Program-made: the position numbers and the translations under genes | NCBI GenBank assembly: GCA_947630795.1 | Contig: CANRJC010000011.1 | Location: 11,161-75,160, forward strand | DNA length: 64,000 nucleotides | DNA from: an uncultured Phascolarctobacterium sp. | GTDB lineage: Bacteria; Bacillota; Negativicutes; Acidaminococcales; Acidaminococcaceae | Reading direction: 5' to 3' | In this document: positions 1-8,217 of the stretch, piece after piece | Numbering within the stretch: the stretch's first letter is position 1 | Layout: the number at the start of each line of letters is the position of its first letter | Notes under the pieces: model-generated | Databases searched by the model: none | Told to the model about the DNA's origin: nothing | What the model saw: the letters and a program-made list of their open reading frames with translations, nothing else

Positions 1-2721
1 GCCTTCCCCGGGGAGCAGGAAGCCCTGCTGAACACTGCCCGCATCGCCGAACGCTGTCATGTGGACTTAGAGTTCGGCCACTTGCTGCTGCCTAAATTCC
101 CGGTGCCCGCCGGCTGCGACGCAGCAGCTTATCTGCGGCAGCTCTGTCTGGAGCGTTTGCCCCGCTGCTATCCCGATGCTTCGCAAGAAGTCTTCGCCCG
201 TTTGGACTACGAACTGGGCATCATCCACCAAATGGGCTACGACGATTATTTTTTGATCGTGTGGGACTTCATTGAGCACTGCCGCGCCGAGAAGATACCA
301 GTGGGCCCCGGGAGAGGCAGCGCGGCAGGCAGCTTGGCGGCCTATCTTTTGGGCATCACCGGCATCGATCCTCTCCGCTACAAACTGCTCTTCGAGCGTT
401 TCCTGAACCCGGAGCGGGTGAGCATGCCCGATATCGATACGGATTTTTGCTATAATCGGCGGCAGGAAGTCATCGATTACGTGGTGAAGCGCTACGGCAA
501 AAGAAACGTGGCGCAGATCGTCACCTACGGCACCCTGCTGGCCCGGGCGGCGGTGCGGGACGTGGGCCGCGTTTTGGGCCTCAGCTACCGCACCTGCGAC
601 GAGATCGCCAAAAAGATCCCCAAAGAATTGGGGATAACTTTGGAGCGGGCCTTGGAGAGCAGCAGGGAGCTGAGGGAGCTTTGCGACAGCACTCCCGAGA
701 ACCGCCGCCTCATCCAACTGGCCCGCAAAGTGGAGGGCTTGCCCCGTAACAGCGGCACCCACGCCGCCGGGGTCATCATCGCTCCCGGCGACCTTACCGA
801 CTACGTGCCCTTGCAATTGGATGCCGATAAAAAAGGGATCGTCACCCAATACGACAAGGACAGGGTAGAGGACCTGGGCCTTTTGAAGATGGATTTTTTG
901 GGCCTGCGCACCCTCACGGTGATCAGCGATGCTGTGCGCCACATCAAAGAGACCGCAGGTGTCGAGCTCGACATAGACCGCATCCCTTTGAACGATGCCG
1001 CCACCTGTCAGATGCTGTGCAGAGGAGACACCTTCGGCGTCTTTCAGCTGGAGAGCGCGGGCATCACCAAACTTTTGACGGATCTGGCGCCGGAAAGTTT
1101 CGAAGACCTCATCCCCTTGGTGGCTCTTTATCGGCCCGGCCCCTTGGGCACGGGGATGGCGGAAGACTTCATCGCCGGCCGTCACGGCCACCGCACGGCC
1201 AAGGTGCTCCATCCTTTGATGGAGCCCATCTTGAAAGACACTTACGGCGTCATCCTCTATCAAGAGCAGGTGATGCAGATCGCCTCGGCCTTGGGGGGCT
1301 TCACTCTCGGTCAGGCCGATATATTGCGCCGGGCCATGGGCAAGAAGAAGGCCAAAGAGCTGGACTCCATGCGCAGCGCCTTCGTGGCCGGAGCGCAAAA
1401 ACTCCACGGCATCCCGCCCGCTTTGAGCGAAGAGATCTTCGCTCTTTTGCAGCATTTCGCCGGCTACGGCTTCAACAAATCTCACTCGGTGGCCTATGCT
1501 CTGGTGGCCTATCAGACAGCTTATTTGAAAGCGCACTGGCCCTGCCAATATATGGCGGCTTTTTTAGACAGCGTCATGGGCGACTACGATAAGCTGAGCT
1601 GGTACATCGGCGTTTGCCGCAACGCCGGCTTGGCCATCCTCCCGCCCGACGTGAACGAGAGCGACAGCGGCTTCACCGTTCACCGAAGCGGCAAGGGCAA
1701 CGCCATCCGCTTCGGCTTGGCCGGCATCAAAGGCATGGGCATGGGCGTGGTGGAAGAGATCTGCCGCGCTCGCAAGGAAGGGGGACCTTTTCAGGGACTG
1801 GTGGATTTCTGCTGCCGGGTGGCCAACATCAGGCTCAACAAACGGCAGGTGGAGAACCTCATCCGTTGCGGAGCCATGGACAGTTTCGGTTGCAAACGCT
1901 CCGCTCTCTGCGCCGTGGCCGAACAGGCGGTGGATATCGGCGCCGCTCACCAAAAAGAGCTGGACTCCGGTCAAATAAATATGTTCGCCGACGAAAAAGA
2001 AGAAGAGAGCTACGGCGACGTCACTCTCCCCGACATCCCTGAATTTTCCCGGGCGCAGATGCTGCGGGACGAAAAAGAACTGCTGAGCTTTTATATCAGC
2101 GGCCATCCTTTGGAAGATTACAAAGCCCAAGTGAAGCGCTTGCTGCCTTTGGGCCGTTTGCGGGGGGACGACTGCCCCGTGCAGGACGGGCAGCAGGTGA
2201 GAGTGGCCGGCATCATCAGCGAATGCAAGATAAAGACCACCAAAGCGGGGGACCTTATGGCCACTATGACCCTGGAAGATATGAGCGGCCGTTTTCCCGT
2301 GATGGTCTTTCCCGCCTGCTTCGACCGCTGGGGAGAAGAGGTGCGGGAGGAGAACATCGTGCTGGTGGAGGGCCGCCTCAGCAGCAACGAAGACGAACAG
2401 AAGATCATCGCCATGAAGATAGAGCAGCTCGCTCAGGAGCCTCAAGCAGACGCAGGGGAGCAGGCGGCCGTGCATTTGAAGATCGCCGCAAGTTTGGACA
2501 ATGCTCTCACCACCCGTCGTTTGCGGGAACTTTTTTCCGCTTATAAAGGGAACGCTGTGGTCTATCTGCATATGAAGGCCAGCGGCAAAGTTTTCAAGAC
2601 CGAGCCGAATTTTTGGGTAGATCCCCAACAGCCCGGTTTTCGCGCCGCGGTGGAGAAGATCTTGGGGCCCGGCAGCTTGCACATCGGCGCTACACAGAAA
2701 AGTTACAAAGAAAAGATTTAA
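1..2721 (+). CDS. dnaE: DNA polymerase III alpha subunit (DnaE-type), 5' end lies outside the window
   Basis: Frame 1 is open from nt 1 (AFPGEQEALLNTARIAERCHVDLEF...), so the 886-aa track ORF is the C-terminal part of a longer protein. DnaE core motifs are present: GPGRGSAAGSLAAYLLGIT, MPDIDTDF, LGLLKMDFLGLRTL, FQLES, ALYRPGP, GYGFNKSHS. Confidence 0.95.
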   Translation, partial: AFPGEQEALLNTARIAERCHVDLEFGHLLLPKFPVPAGCDAAAYLRQLCLERLPRCYPDASQEVFARLDYELGIIHQMGYDDYFLIVWDFIEHCRAEKIPVGPGRGSAAGSLAAYLLGITGIDPLRYKLLFERFLNPERVSMPDIDTDFCYNRRQEVIDYVVKRYGKRNVAQIVTYGTLLARAAVRDVGRVLGLSYRTCDEIAKKIPKELGITLERALESSRELRELCDSTPENRRLIQLARKVEGLPRNSGTHAAGVIIAPGDLTDYVPLQLDADKKGIVTQYDKDRVEDLGLLKMDFLGLRTLTVISDAVRHIKETAGVELDIDRIPLNDAATCQMLCRGDTFGVFQLESAGITKLLTDLAPESFEDLIPLVALYRPGPLGTGMAEDFIAGRHGHRTAKVLHPLMEPILKDTYGVILYQEQVMQIASALGGFTLGQADILRRAMGKKKAKELDSMRSAFVAGAQKLHGIPPALSEEIFALLQHFAGYGFNKSHSVAYALVAYQTAYLKAHWPCQYMAAFLDSVMGDYDKLSWYIGVCRNAGLAILPPDVNESDSGFTVHRSGKGNAIRFGLAGIKGMGMGVVEEICRARKEGGPFQGLVDFCCRVANIRLNKRQVENLIRCGAMDSFGCKRSALCAVAEQAVDIGAAHQKELDSGQINMFADEKEEESYGDVTLPDIPEFSRAQMLRDEKELLSFYISGHPLEDYKAQVKRLLPLGRLRGDDCPVQDGQQVRVAGIISECKIKTTKAGDLMATMTLEDMSGRFPVMVFPACFDRWGEEVREENIVLVEGRLSSNEDEQKIIAMKIEQLAQEPQADAGEQAAVHLKIAASLDNALTTRRLRELFSAYKGNAVVYLHMKASGKVFKTEPNFWVDPQQPGFRAAVEKILGPGSLHIGATQKSYKEKI

Positions 2722-2832
2722 ACCTTGCGGGTTTATATGATATAATACTTGGGATATGAGCCCAGCGTTTAGCATCCGCAAGGATAACTGTTATAACGAA
2801 AGCAAATCAATCTTATCAGTGGGAGGTCAGCT

Positions 2833-3627
2833 ATGAACATCGTAGTGTGCTTGAAGCAGACGCCGGATACAGCAAAAGTCAAATTCGATCCGGCTACCAG
2901 AACGCTGTCGCGGGAAGGCGTGGAAAACATCATGAACCCTTTCGACCGGCAGGCGCTGGAAGCTGCCTTGGAATTGAAGGACGCCTACGGCGGCAAAGTG
3001 ACTGCCGTCTCCATGGGCCTGCCCATGGCTGCGGATATTTTGAAAGATGCCTTGGCTATGGGAGCCGACGAGGCCGTATTGGTGAGCGACAAAGCCCTGG
3101 CCGGGTCCGACACTTTGGCCACCAGCACCGCTTTGGCCGCCGCCATCAAGAAGATAGGAGCTTATGACGTGATCTTGTGCGGCAAGCAGGCCGTAGACGG
3201 CGACACCGCTCAAGTGGGACCGGAGATCGCCCAGCACCTGCGCATCCCCCAGCTGTGCAACTCTCTTGCCATCACCTTTGCCGACGGTCAACTGGTGGTG
3301 AAGAAGGAAAACGATTACGCCGCTCTCACTTTGGCCTGTGCTCCTCCGGTGCTCATCACCGTCTCCAAATCGGAAAAGGAGCCCCGCTTTGCTTCCATCA
3401 AGGGTAAGATGAAGGCCCGCAAGGCCGTCATCCCCACTTGGGGCATCGCCGACTTGGGCTTGGAGCCGCAGCAGGTGGGCCTGTCCGGTTCTCCCACCAA
3501 AGTGTTGAAGGCCTTCACCCCCACGCCCCCGGAGATCCACAGCGAGATCATCAAAGAAGACGACGCAGACGAAGCCGTAGAAAAACTTTTCGCCAAACTG
3601 ACAGAGGCGAAGATCATTAAGCGCTGA
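2833..3627 (+). CDS. etfB: electron transfer flavoprotein beta subunit
   Basis: 264 aa. The N-terminus MNIVVCLKQTPDTAKVKFD...NPFDRQALEAALELKD and the length fit EtfB. A GGGAGG RBS lies upstream, and etfA follows directly. Confidence 0.9.
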   Translation: MNIVVCLKQTPDTAKVKFDPATRTLSREGVENIMNPFDRQALEAALELKDAYGGKVTAVSMGLPMAADILKDALAMGADEAVLVSDKALAGSDTLATSTALAAAIKKIGAYDVILCGKQAVDGDTAQVGPEIAQHLRIPQLCNSLAITFADGQLVVKKENDYAALTLACAPPVLITVSKSEKEPRFASIKGKMKARKAVIPTWGIADLGLEPQQVGLSGSPTKVLKAFTPTPPEIHSEIIKEDDADEAVEKLFAKLTEAKIIKR

Positions 3628-3637
3628 GGTGAACGAC

Positions 3638-4834
3638 ATGGCTGTGAACGTAGATAAAGAACTTTGTATAGGCTGCGAAGCTTGCGCCGCCGTCTGCCCG
3701 GTGGGCGCCATCAACGTGAACGACGGCAAGGCTGTCTGCGATGAAGATAAATGCGTTTCCTGCGCTGCTTGCGTGCGGGAGTGTCCTCAAGAAGCCATCT
3801 CGACAGAGGCCGCCGCTCCTTCCCAAAAGGCGCCCAAGGCCAAGGCGGAAGACGTGTGGGTAGTGGTGGAATCGGACAGGGGAGAGCCCTTGGGCGTGGC
3901 CTACGAGATGTTGGGCGTTGGCTCCGACATGGCCGCCGCCTGCGGCGGCAAGTGTTGCGCCGTCCTCATCGCCGTGGAAGCGGGTGACCTGCCTCAAAAA
4001 CTCATCGCCGCCGGCGCCGATAAGGTCTACACCATCATCGGCGAAAAATATGCCCCCTACCACACGGAGCTCTACACCGAGACCATCGCCCAATTGGCGG
4101 AGAAATATAACCCCAACGCCCTGATGTTCGGCGCAACTTCAGAGGGCAGAGACCTGGCCCCCCGGGTAGCAGCCCGGCTGCACACCGGTCTGTGCGCCGA
4201 CTGCACCGCTATCAACATGACTCCCGAAGGTATAGTGGAGTGGACCCGGCCTGCTTTGGGCGGCAACATTTATGCCACCATCGTCTGCGACGAGAACCTG
4301 CCTCAGATGGGCAGCGTGCGCCCCAAAGTTTTTGCGCCCAAGACCCCCGACCCCGCCAGAAAGGGCGAAGTGATCCCCTTTGACGCAGTGGATCTGCCTC
4401 CTTCCCGGGTCACCGTTCTTTCGTCCGAACCCCTGACGGCCGGCACCGATCTGAAGCTGGAAGAGGCGGACATTTTGGTGAGCGGCGGCCGCGGCATGGG
4501 CAGCCAAGACAACTTCAAGCTTTTGGAAGAATTGGCGGGCCTTTTGGAAGGGGCCACCGTCAGCGGCTCCCGAGCCGTGGTGGACGAGGGCTGGCTCCCT
4601 CACTCCAAACAGGTGGGCCAATCGGGCAAGACCGTTAAGCCTCATGTTTATTTTGCCTGCGGCATCTCCGGCGCCGTACAGCATTTGGCCGGCATGAAAG
4701 AGTCGGACATCATAGTGGCCGTCAACAAAGACGCCACCGCTCCCATCTTCTCCGTCTGCAAATACGGCATCGTGGGCAATGCGCTGGAGATCCTGCCCAA
4801 GCTCATAGCCAAGATCAAGGCTTACAAAGCATAG
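3638..4834 (+). CDS. etfA: electron transfer flavoprotein alpha subunit with an N-terminal 2x[4Fe-4S] ferredoxin domain
   Basis: Two CxxCxxCxxxCP clusters (CIGCEACAAVCP, CVSCAACVRECP) are followed by an EtfA body (SGGRGMG, YFACGISGAVQHLAGM). ATG 3638 is preferred over GTG 3629 because GAGG lies 8 nt upstream. Confidence 0.88.
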   Translation: MAVNVDKELCIGCEACAAVCPVGAINVNDGKAVCDEDKCVSCAACVRECPQEAISTEAAAPSQKAPKAKAEDVWVVVESDRGEPLGVAYEMLGVGSDMAAACGGKCCAVLIAVEAGDLPQKLIAAGADKVYTIIGEKYAPYHTELYTETIAQLAEKYNPNALMFGATSEGRDLAPRVAARLHTGLCADCTAINMTPEGIVEWTRPALGGNIYATIVCDENLPQMGSVRPKVFAPKTPDPARKGEVIPFDAVDLPPSRVTVLSSEPLTAGTDLKLEEADILVSGGRGMGSQDNFKLLEELAGLLEGATVSGSRAVVDEGWLPHSKQVGQSGKTVKPHVYFACGISGAVQHLAGMKESDIIVAVNKDATAPIFSVCKYGIVGNALEILPKLIAKIKAYKA

Positions 4835-4845
4835 AAAGCGAGCGT

Positions 4846-6594
4846 ATGAAAAGAACAAAGATCATCTGCACTTTAGGTCCGGCCACCGACGATGCGGCTT
4901 TATTGCAAAAGCTGCTGCTCGCCGGCATGGACCTGGCCCGTTTCAATTTTTCTCACGGCGATCATGCCGAGCACGGCCGGCGGTTGGCGCTTTTGCGTCA
5001 GGCTGCCGCCGCCGCGGGGAAAGCAGTAGGCACCGTTGCGGATACGAAAGGCCCGGAGATGCGTCTGGGCCTTTTTGCTGAGCCGACGGTGCTCAAAAAC
5101 GGCGCCGAATTTATTTTGACCGCAGAAGAACGCCTGGGCGATGCCTCGGGAGCTTCCGTGAATTATCCCGCCTTGCCGGATGAAGTGAAGAGCGGCGACA
5201 CCATCCTCTTGAACGACGGCCTTCTCACTCTCAGGGTGGAGGCGGTGAAAGGAAAGGAGATCGTCACCACGGTCGTCGCCGGCGGCACCGTTTCTTCCCG
5301 CAAAAGAGTGGCCTGCCCGGGCTTGGAATTGGCTCTGCCCTTTTTATCCGAACAGGACAAGGCCGACATCCTCTTCGCCGCCGCCAACGGCATGGACTAC
5401 ATCGCCGCTTCCTTCGTGCAAAAAGCCGCCGATGTGATCGCCATCCGCAAAGTGCTGGAAGAGGCGGGCTACAGCATGGGCATCATCGCCAAGATCGAAA
5501 ATCAGGCGGGCGTGGACCACATCGAAGAGATCATCAACGCCGCCGACGGGATCATGGTGGCCCGAGGCGACCTGGGAGTGGAGATACCGGCGGAAGAAGT
5601 GCCGCTGGTGCAAAAAGACATCATCCGCCGCTGCAACGCCGCCGGCAAACCGGTGATCACCGCCACCCAGATGCTGGAGAGCATGAGCCATGCCAACCGC
5701 TGCACCAGGGCCGAGGCCAGCGACGTGGCCAATTCCATCTTCGACGGCACCGATGCCATCATGCTCAGCGGCGAGACAGCTTCCGGCGACTATCCTTTGG
5801 AAGCGGTGCAGACCATGGCACGCATCGCCGCCGCCACGGAAGACGCTTTGGATTATGCAGCCATCTTTCACGCCAAGGGGCTGGGGGAGTGCCTGCACAG
5901 CGCCGAAGCCGTCAGCCACGCTGCGGCCCAGGTGGCGGAAGAGATCGATGCCGCCGCCATCTTGGCTTTGACGGAAACGGGCTACACCGCCCGGCTCTTG
6001 GCCAAATATAAACCGCACTGTCCCATCGTGGCCCTCAGCCGTCAGCCTAAGACCGTGGGCCTAATGACCCTTTATTGGGGCGTGCATCCCCTGTTGGGGC
6101 CCTACGCCCCCGATACCGAGACCATGCTGGACCTGAACCTGCAGAAAGCGGTGAAGGAACAGGTGATCAAAGAAGGGAGCAGCGTGGTGATCACCGCCGG
6201 CGTGCCTTTGGGCAAGCCGGGCAGCACCAACATGATCAGAGCGGTGACGGTGGGCCGTTCTCTGCTGCGGGCCGTGGGCATCGGCCGCAAAGCGGTGCAG
6301 GGGAGAGTTTGCTTCGCCCGCTGCGGCGCAGATTTCACCGAAAAATTACGCAAAGGCGACATCCTCGTGGTGGACAGCCTCGACGAATATTACGTGCCCG
6401 AAGCCTGCGGCAAAGCCGCCGGCATCATCGCCGCCGAAGGAGGGCTCACCTCGGCCACGGCGGTGGTGGCCGTCACCTGCGGCCTGCCCGTGCTGGTGGG
6501 GGCCGCAGAAGCGGAGAAAGTTTTGCGTGACGGCCAGCTCATCACCCTCGACCCGGTGGCGGGCGCCGTTTACGAAGGAGAAGGAGAGCTGTAA
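4846..6594 (+). CDS. pyk: pyruvate kinase with a C-terminal PEP-utiliser mobile-domain-like extension
   Basis: KIICTLGPA, FNFSHGDH, MVARGDLGVEIP and MLSGETA motifs. The ~100-aa C-terminal extension resembles the swivelling domain of PEP-utilising enzymes. Confidence 0.93.
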   Translation: MKRTKIICTLGPATDDAALLQKLLLAGMDLARFNFSHGDHAEHGRRLALLRQAAAAAGKAVGTVADTKGPEMRLGLFAEPTVLKNGAEFILTAEERLGDASGASVNYPALPDEVKSGDTILLNDGLLTLRVEAVKGKEIVTTVVAGGTVSSRKRVACPGLELALPFLSEQDKADILFAAANGMDYIAASFVQKAADVIAIRKVLEEAGYSMGIIAKIENQAGVDHIEEIINAADGIMVARGDLGVEIPAEEVPLVQKDIIRRCNAAGKPVITATQMLESMSHANRCTRAEASDVANSIFDGTDAIMLSGETASGDYPLEAVQTMARIAAATEDALDYAAIFHAKGLGECLHSAEAVSHAAAQVAEEIDAAAILALTETGYTARLLAKYKPHCPIVALSRQPKTVGLMTLYWGVHPLLGPYAPDTETMLDLNLQKAVKEQVIKEGSSVVITAGVPLGKPGSTNMIRAVTVGRSLLRAVGIGRKAVQGRVCFARCGADFTEKLRKGDILVVDSLDEYYVPEACGKAAGIIAAEGGLTSATAVVAVTCGLPVLVGAAEAEKVLRDGQLITLDPVAGAVYEGEGEL

Positions 6595-7508
6595 TGAAAG
6601 AAGAGGAGCTGGCCGGCCTGTGCCGCAGCTTGCGCAGGGGAGAGACAGAGGCCGCGGCTGCTGCCGTCGAGGCAGCAGACGGCCCCTCTTCTTTGCGCCT
6701 CTTTTTGACGGCTGCCGCTTCCGGCCGCTCTCAGGCTTGTTTTGCCGCCTTGGTAAAGCAAAGCGCATGCTCTATGGAGCGGTTTTTGACCGCAGGGACG
6801 GCCGACGCAGCAGCTTTGGCTTCGGCTCTTCTTTATCTTGCTTTCGACCGCCGCTTTGAAGAAGTTTACGCCGCAGTCGTAAAACTTTACGAAAAATATT
6901 TGCTCGCCCTCGCTCAACGAGAGGATAACGCAGTTTTTGCGACCCTCTTTGAAGCAGCTGCCCTGGCTGCTGCTCTGGCCCGGCGGGCTTGGCAGCCGGA
7001 GACGGCTCTTTTGAACAAAATGCTGTGCCGCTTTTTGCTGCGGGCCGCAAAAGAAGAGCTGACCGCCGCCTATCTGCAGGAAGTGACGGGGCAGCTGGCC
7101 CAGCTGAGCGCCTATCACGGCTTTCTTCCGGCTTTGCGGCTCTATAAGGAAGTGAGCCTTTTTTGCCTGCTGCTGTGCAGCCGCTGCCGCCGCAGCGAAC
7201 TGCCTTTTTCTTTGCGGCAAAGGCTGCTCACCCGGGTGCTGGCCTTCGTGCGGGACGCTGCGGGAGCGGCGGCGAGGGCCTGCCTGACGGACGAAGGAGA
7301 GGCGCTGGCAGAGTGGTGCGCTTTTTTGGGGCGGCTCTGCGAGGAAAAGAAGCTGAGACCCCGGCGGGCCGAACTTTTTTCCGCACTGCTCATCGCCTAT
7401 TACAGCCGCACCAAACCGAAAAGTTTTTCCGAACAGCGGCTGCATCTGCCGACGCAGCTTTCGCCCCTGTCTGCACCTTACGACAGCCTTTTGGCCGACT
7501 GTACATAG
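6594..7508 (+). CDS. hypothetical Ala/Leu-rich protein
   Basis: 304-aa ORF whose ATG overlaps the pyk stop (TAATG), suggesting translational coupling. No recognisable motif. An equally long antisense ORF exists, as expected in GC-rich DNA, so the call is tentative. Confidence 0.4.
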   Translation: MKEEELAGLCRSLRRGETEAAAAAVEAADGPSSLRLFLTAAASGRSQACFAALVKQSACSMERFLTAGTADAAALASALLYLAFDRRFEEVYAAVVKLYEKYLLALAQREDNAVFATLFEAAALAAALARRAWQPETALLNKMLCRFLLRAAKEELTAAYLQEVTGQLAQLSAYHGFLPALRLYKEVSLFCLLLCSRCRRSELPFSLRQRLLTRVLAFVRDAAGAAARACLTDEGEALAEWCAFLGRLCEEKKLRPRRAELFSALLIAYYSRTKPKSFSEQRLHLPTQLSPLSAPYDSLLADCT

Positions 7509-7621
7509 TCTGAAACGAACGAACGGCCTCTGCTTTTTCTCCCGATGTTTTGCCAACGGAAGAGAGGGCAGAGGAGAGGCTTTTTCTCTGTCTCCTGACA
7601 AAAAGGAGTGAGATCACAAGT

Positions 7622-7807
7622 ATGAAAGAATCGGATATCGTAAAATTAAAGAGAGATTTTCAGGGGTTAAAGGTCGGAACAGAGGGTACGATAGTGCTTG
7701 AATATGACGGCTCTGCGTTTGAAGTAGAATTTTTTGATAAAAACGGAGATACTATAGCTGTCGTTACGACACCATCCGATGTTATCGAGGCAGTACTTGG
7801 ATTCTAA
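7622..7807 (+). CDS. small DUF4926-like protein
   Basis: 61 aa starting at the internal ATG (MKESDIVKLKRDFQGLKVGTEGTIVLEYDGSAFEVEFFDKNGDTIAVVT). The pattern matches my recollection of the DUF4926 family. Local G+C is visibly lower than in the flanks. Confidence 0.55.
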   Translation: MKESDIVKLKRDFQGLKVGTEGTIVLEYDGSAFEVEFFDKNGDTIAVVTTPSDVIEAVLGF

Positions 7808-7899
7808 GGCATAAGGTTTTATGAAGGTCGAACATAGATCGGCTTTGAAGAAGAAGTACTGCCCATCTTTTTATCGGCACGTCGGAGGGAGAGAGAAGA

Positions 7900-7943
7900 T
7901 AGTTAAGGTAGCGGTGGCTAAGGTGGAGCAGTATTGGGACTGA
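7900..7943 (+). pseudogene. 3'-terminal remnant of an Rpn-family (PD-(D/E)XK) gene
   Basis: ...VAVAKVEQYWD-stop parallels the end of the intact Rpn gene (AAAKVEQYWN-stop at 35927). The similarity continues through the terminator and heptamer array (7911-8021 vs 35895-36002). No upstream body or start codon is present. Confidence 0.4.
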
Positions 7944-7969
7944 AAATTTCATCAAGGCTGTAATGAAAA

Positions 7970-7997
7970 GAAGGGACGATCAGGCGTCCCTTCTTTT
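7970..7997 (+). terminator. intrinsic terminator
   Basis: Hairpin AAGGGACG-loop-CGTCCCTT followed by CTTTT. A near-identical hairpin follows the Rpn gene at about 35953-35980. Confidence 0.6.
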
Positions 7998-8000
7998 AGT

Positions 8001-8021
8001 GTGGAGTTTGGAGTGAGGAGT
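8001..8021 (+). repeat. heptamer array NNGGAGT x3
   Basis: GTGGAGT TTGGAGT GAGGAGT lies directly after the terminator. It belongs to the same family as the arrays at 28302, 34439, 35982 and 36195. Confidence 0.8.
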
Positions 8022-8217
8022 CGGGCGAGGGCAAACAGGCCGAGGTCAAGGACGGCTCTTCTTTTGAAAATAAAAAACATTTTCGCTCCGCAAAGTAATT
8101 AAACAGGCGGTGAGAAAAAAGCAGGAAAACGGAGCAGGAACAGCGAATTTGTCAAGGTAATGTGTCTAGGTGTAAATATTTGAGCCACAGCTCTTAATAG
8201 TTAAAGGAGGAAAGTTT

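Noticed and set aside
6570-7601. 343-aa minus-strand ORF overlapping the 6594-7508 plus-strand hypothetical gene.
   Set aside because: One of the two must be spurious. The plus-strand ORF is co-oriented and start-stop coupled with pyk, whereas the minus-strand product is Arg/Gln/Lys-rich low complexity. I kept the plus-strand call, but only at low confidence.
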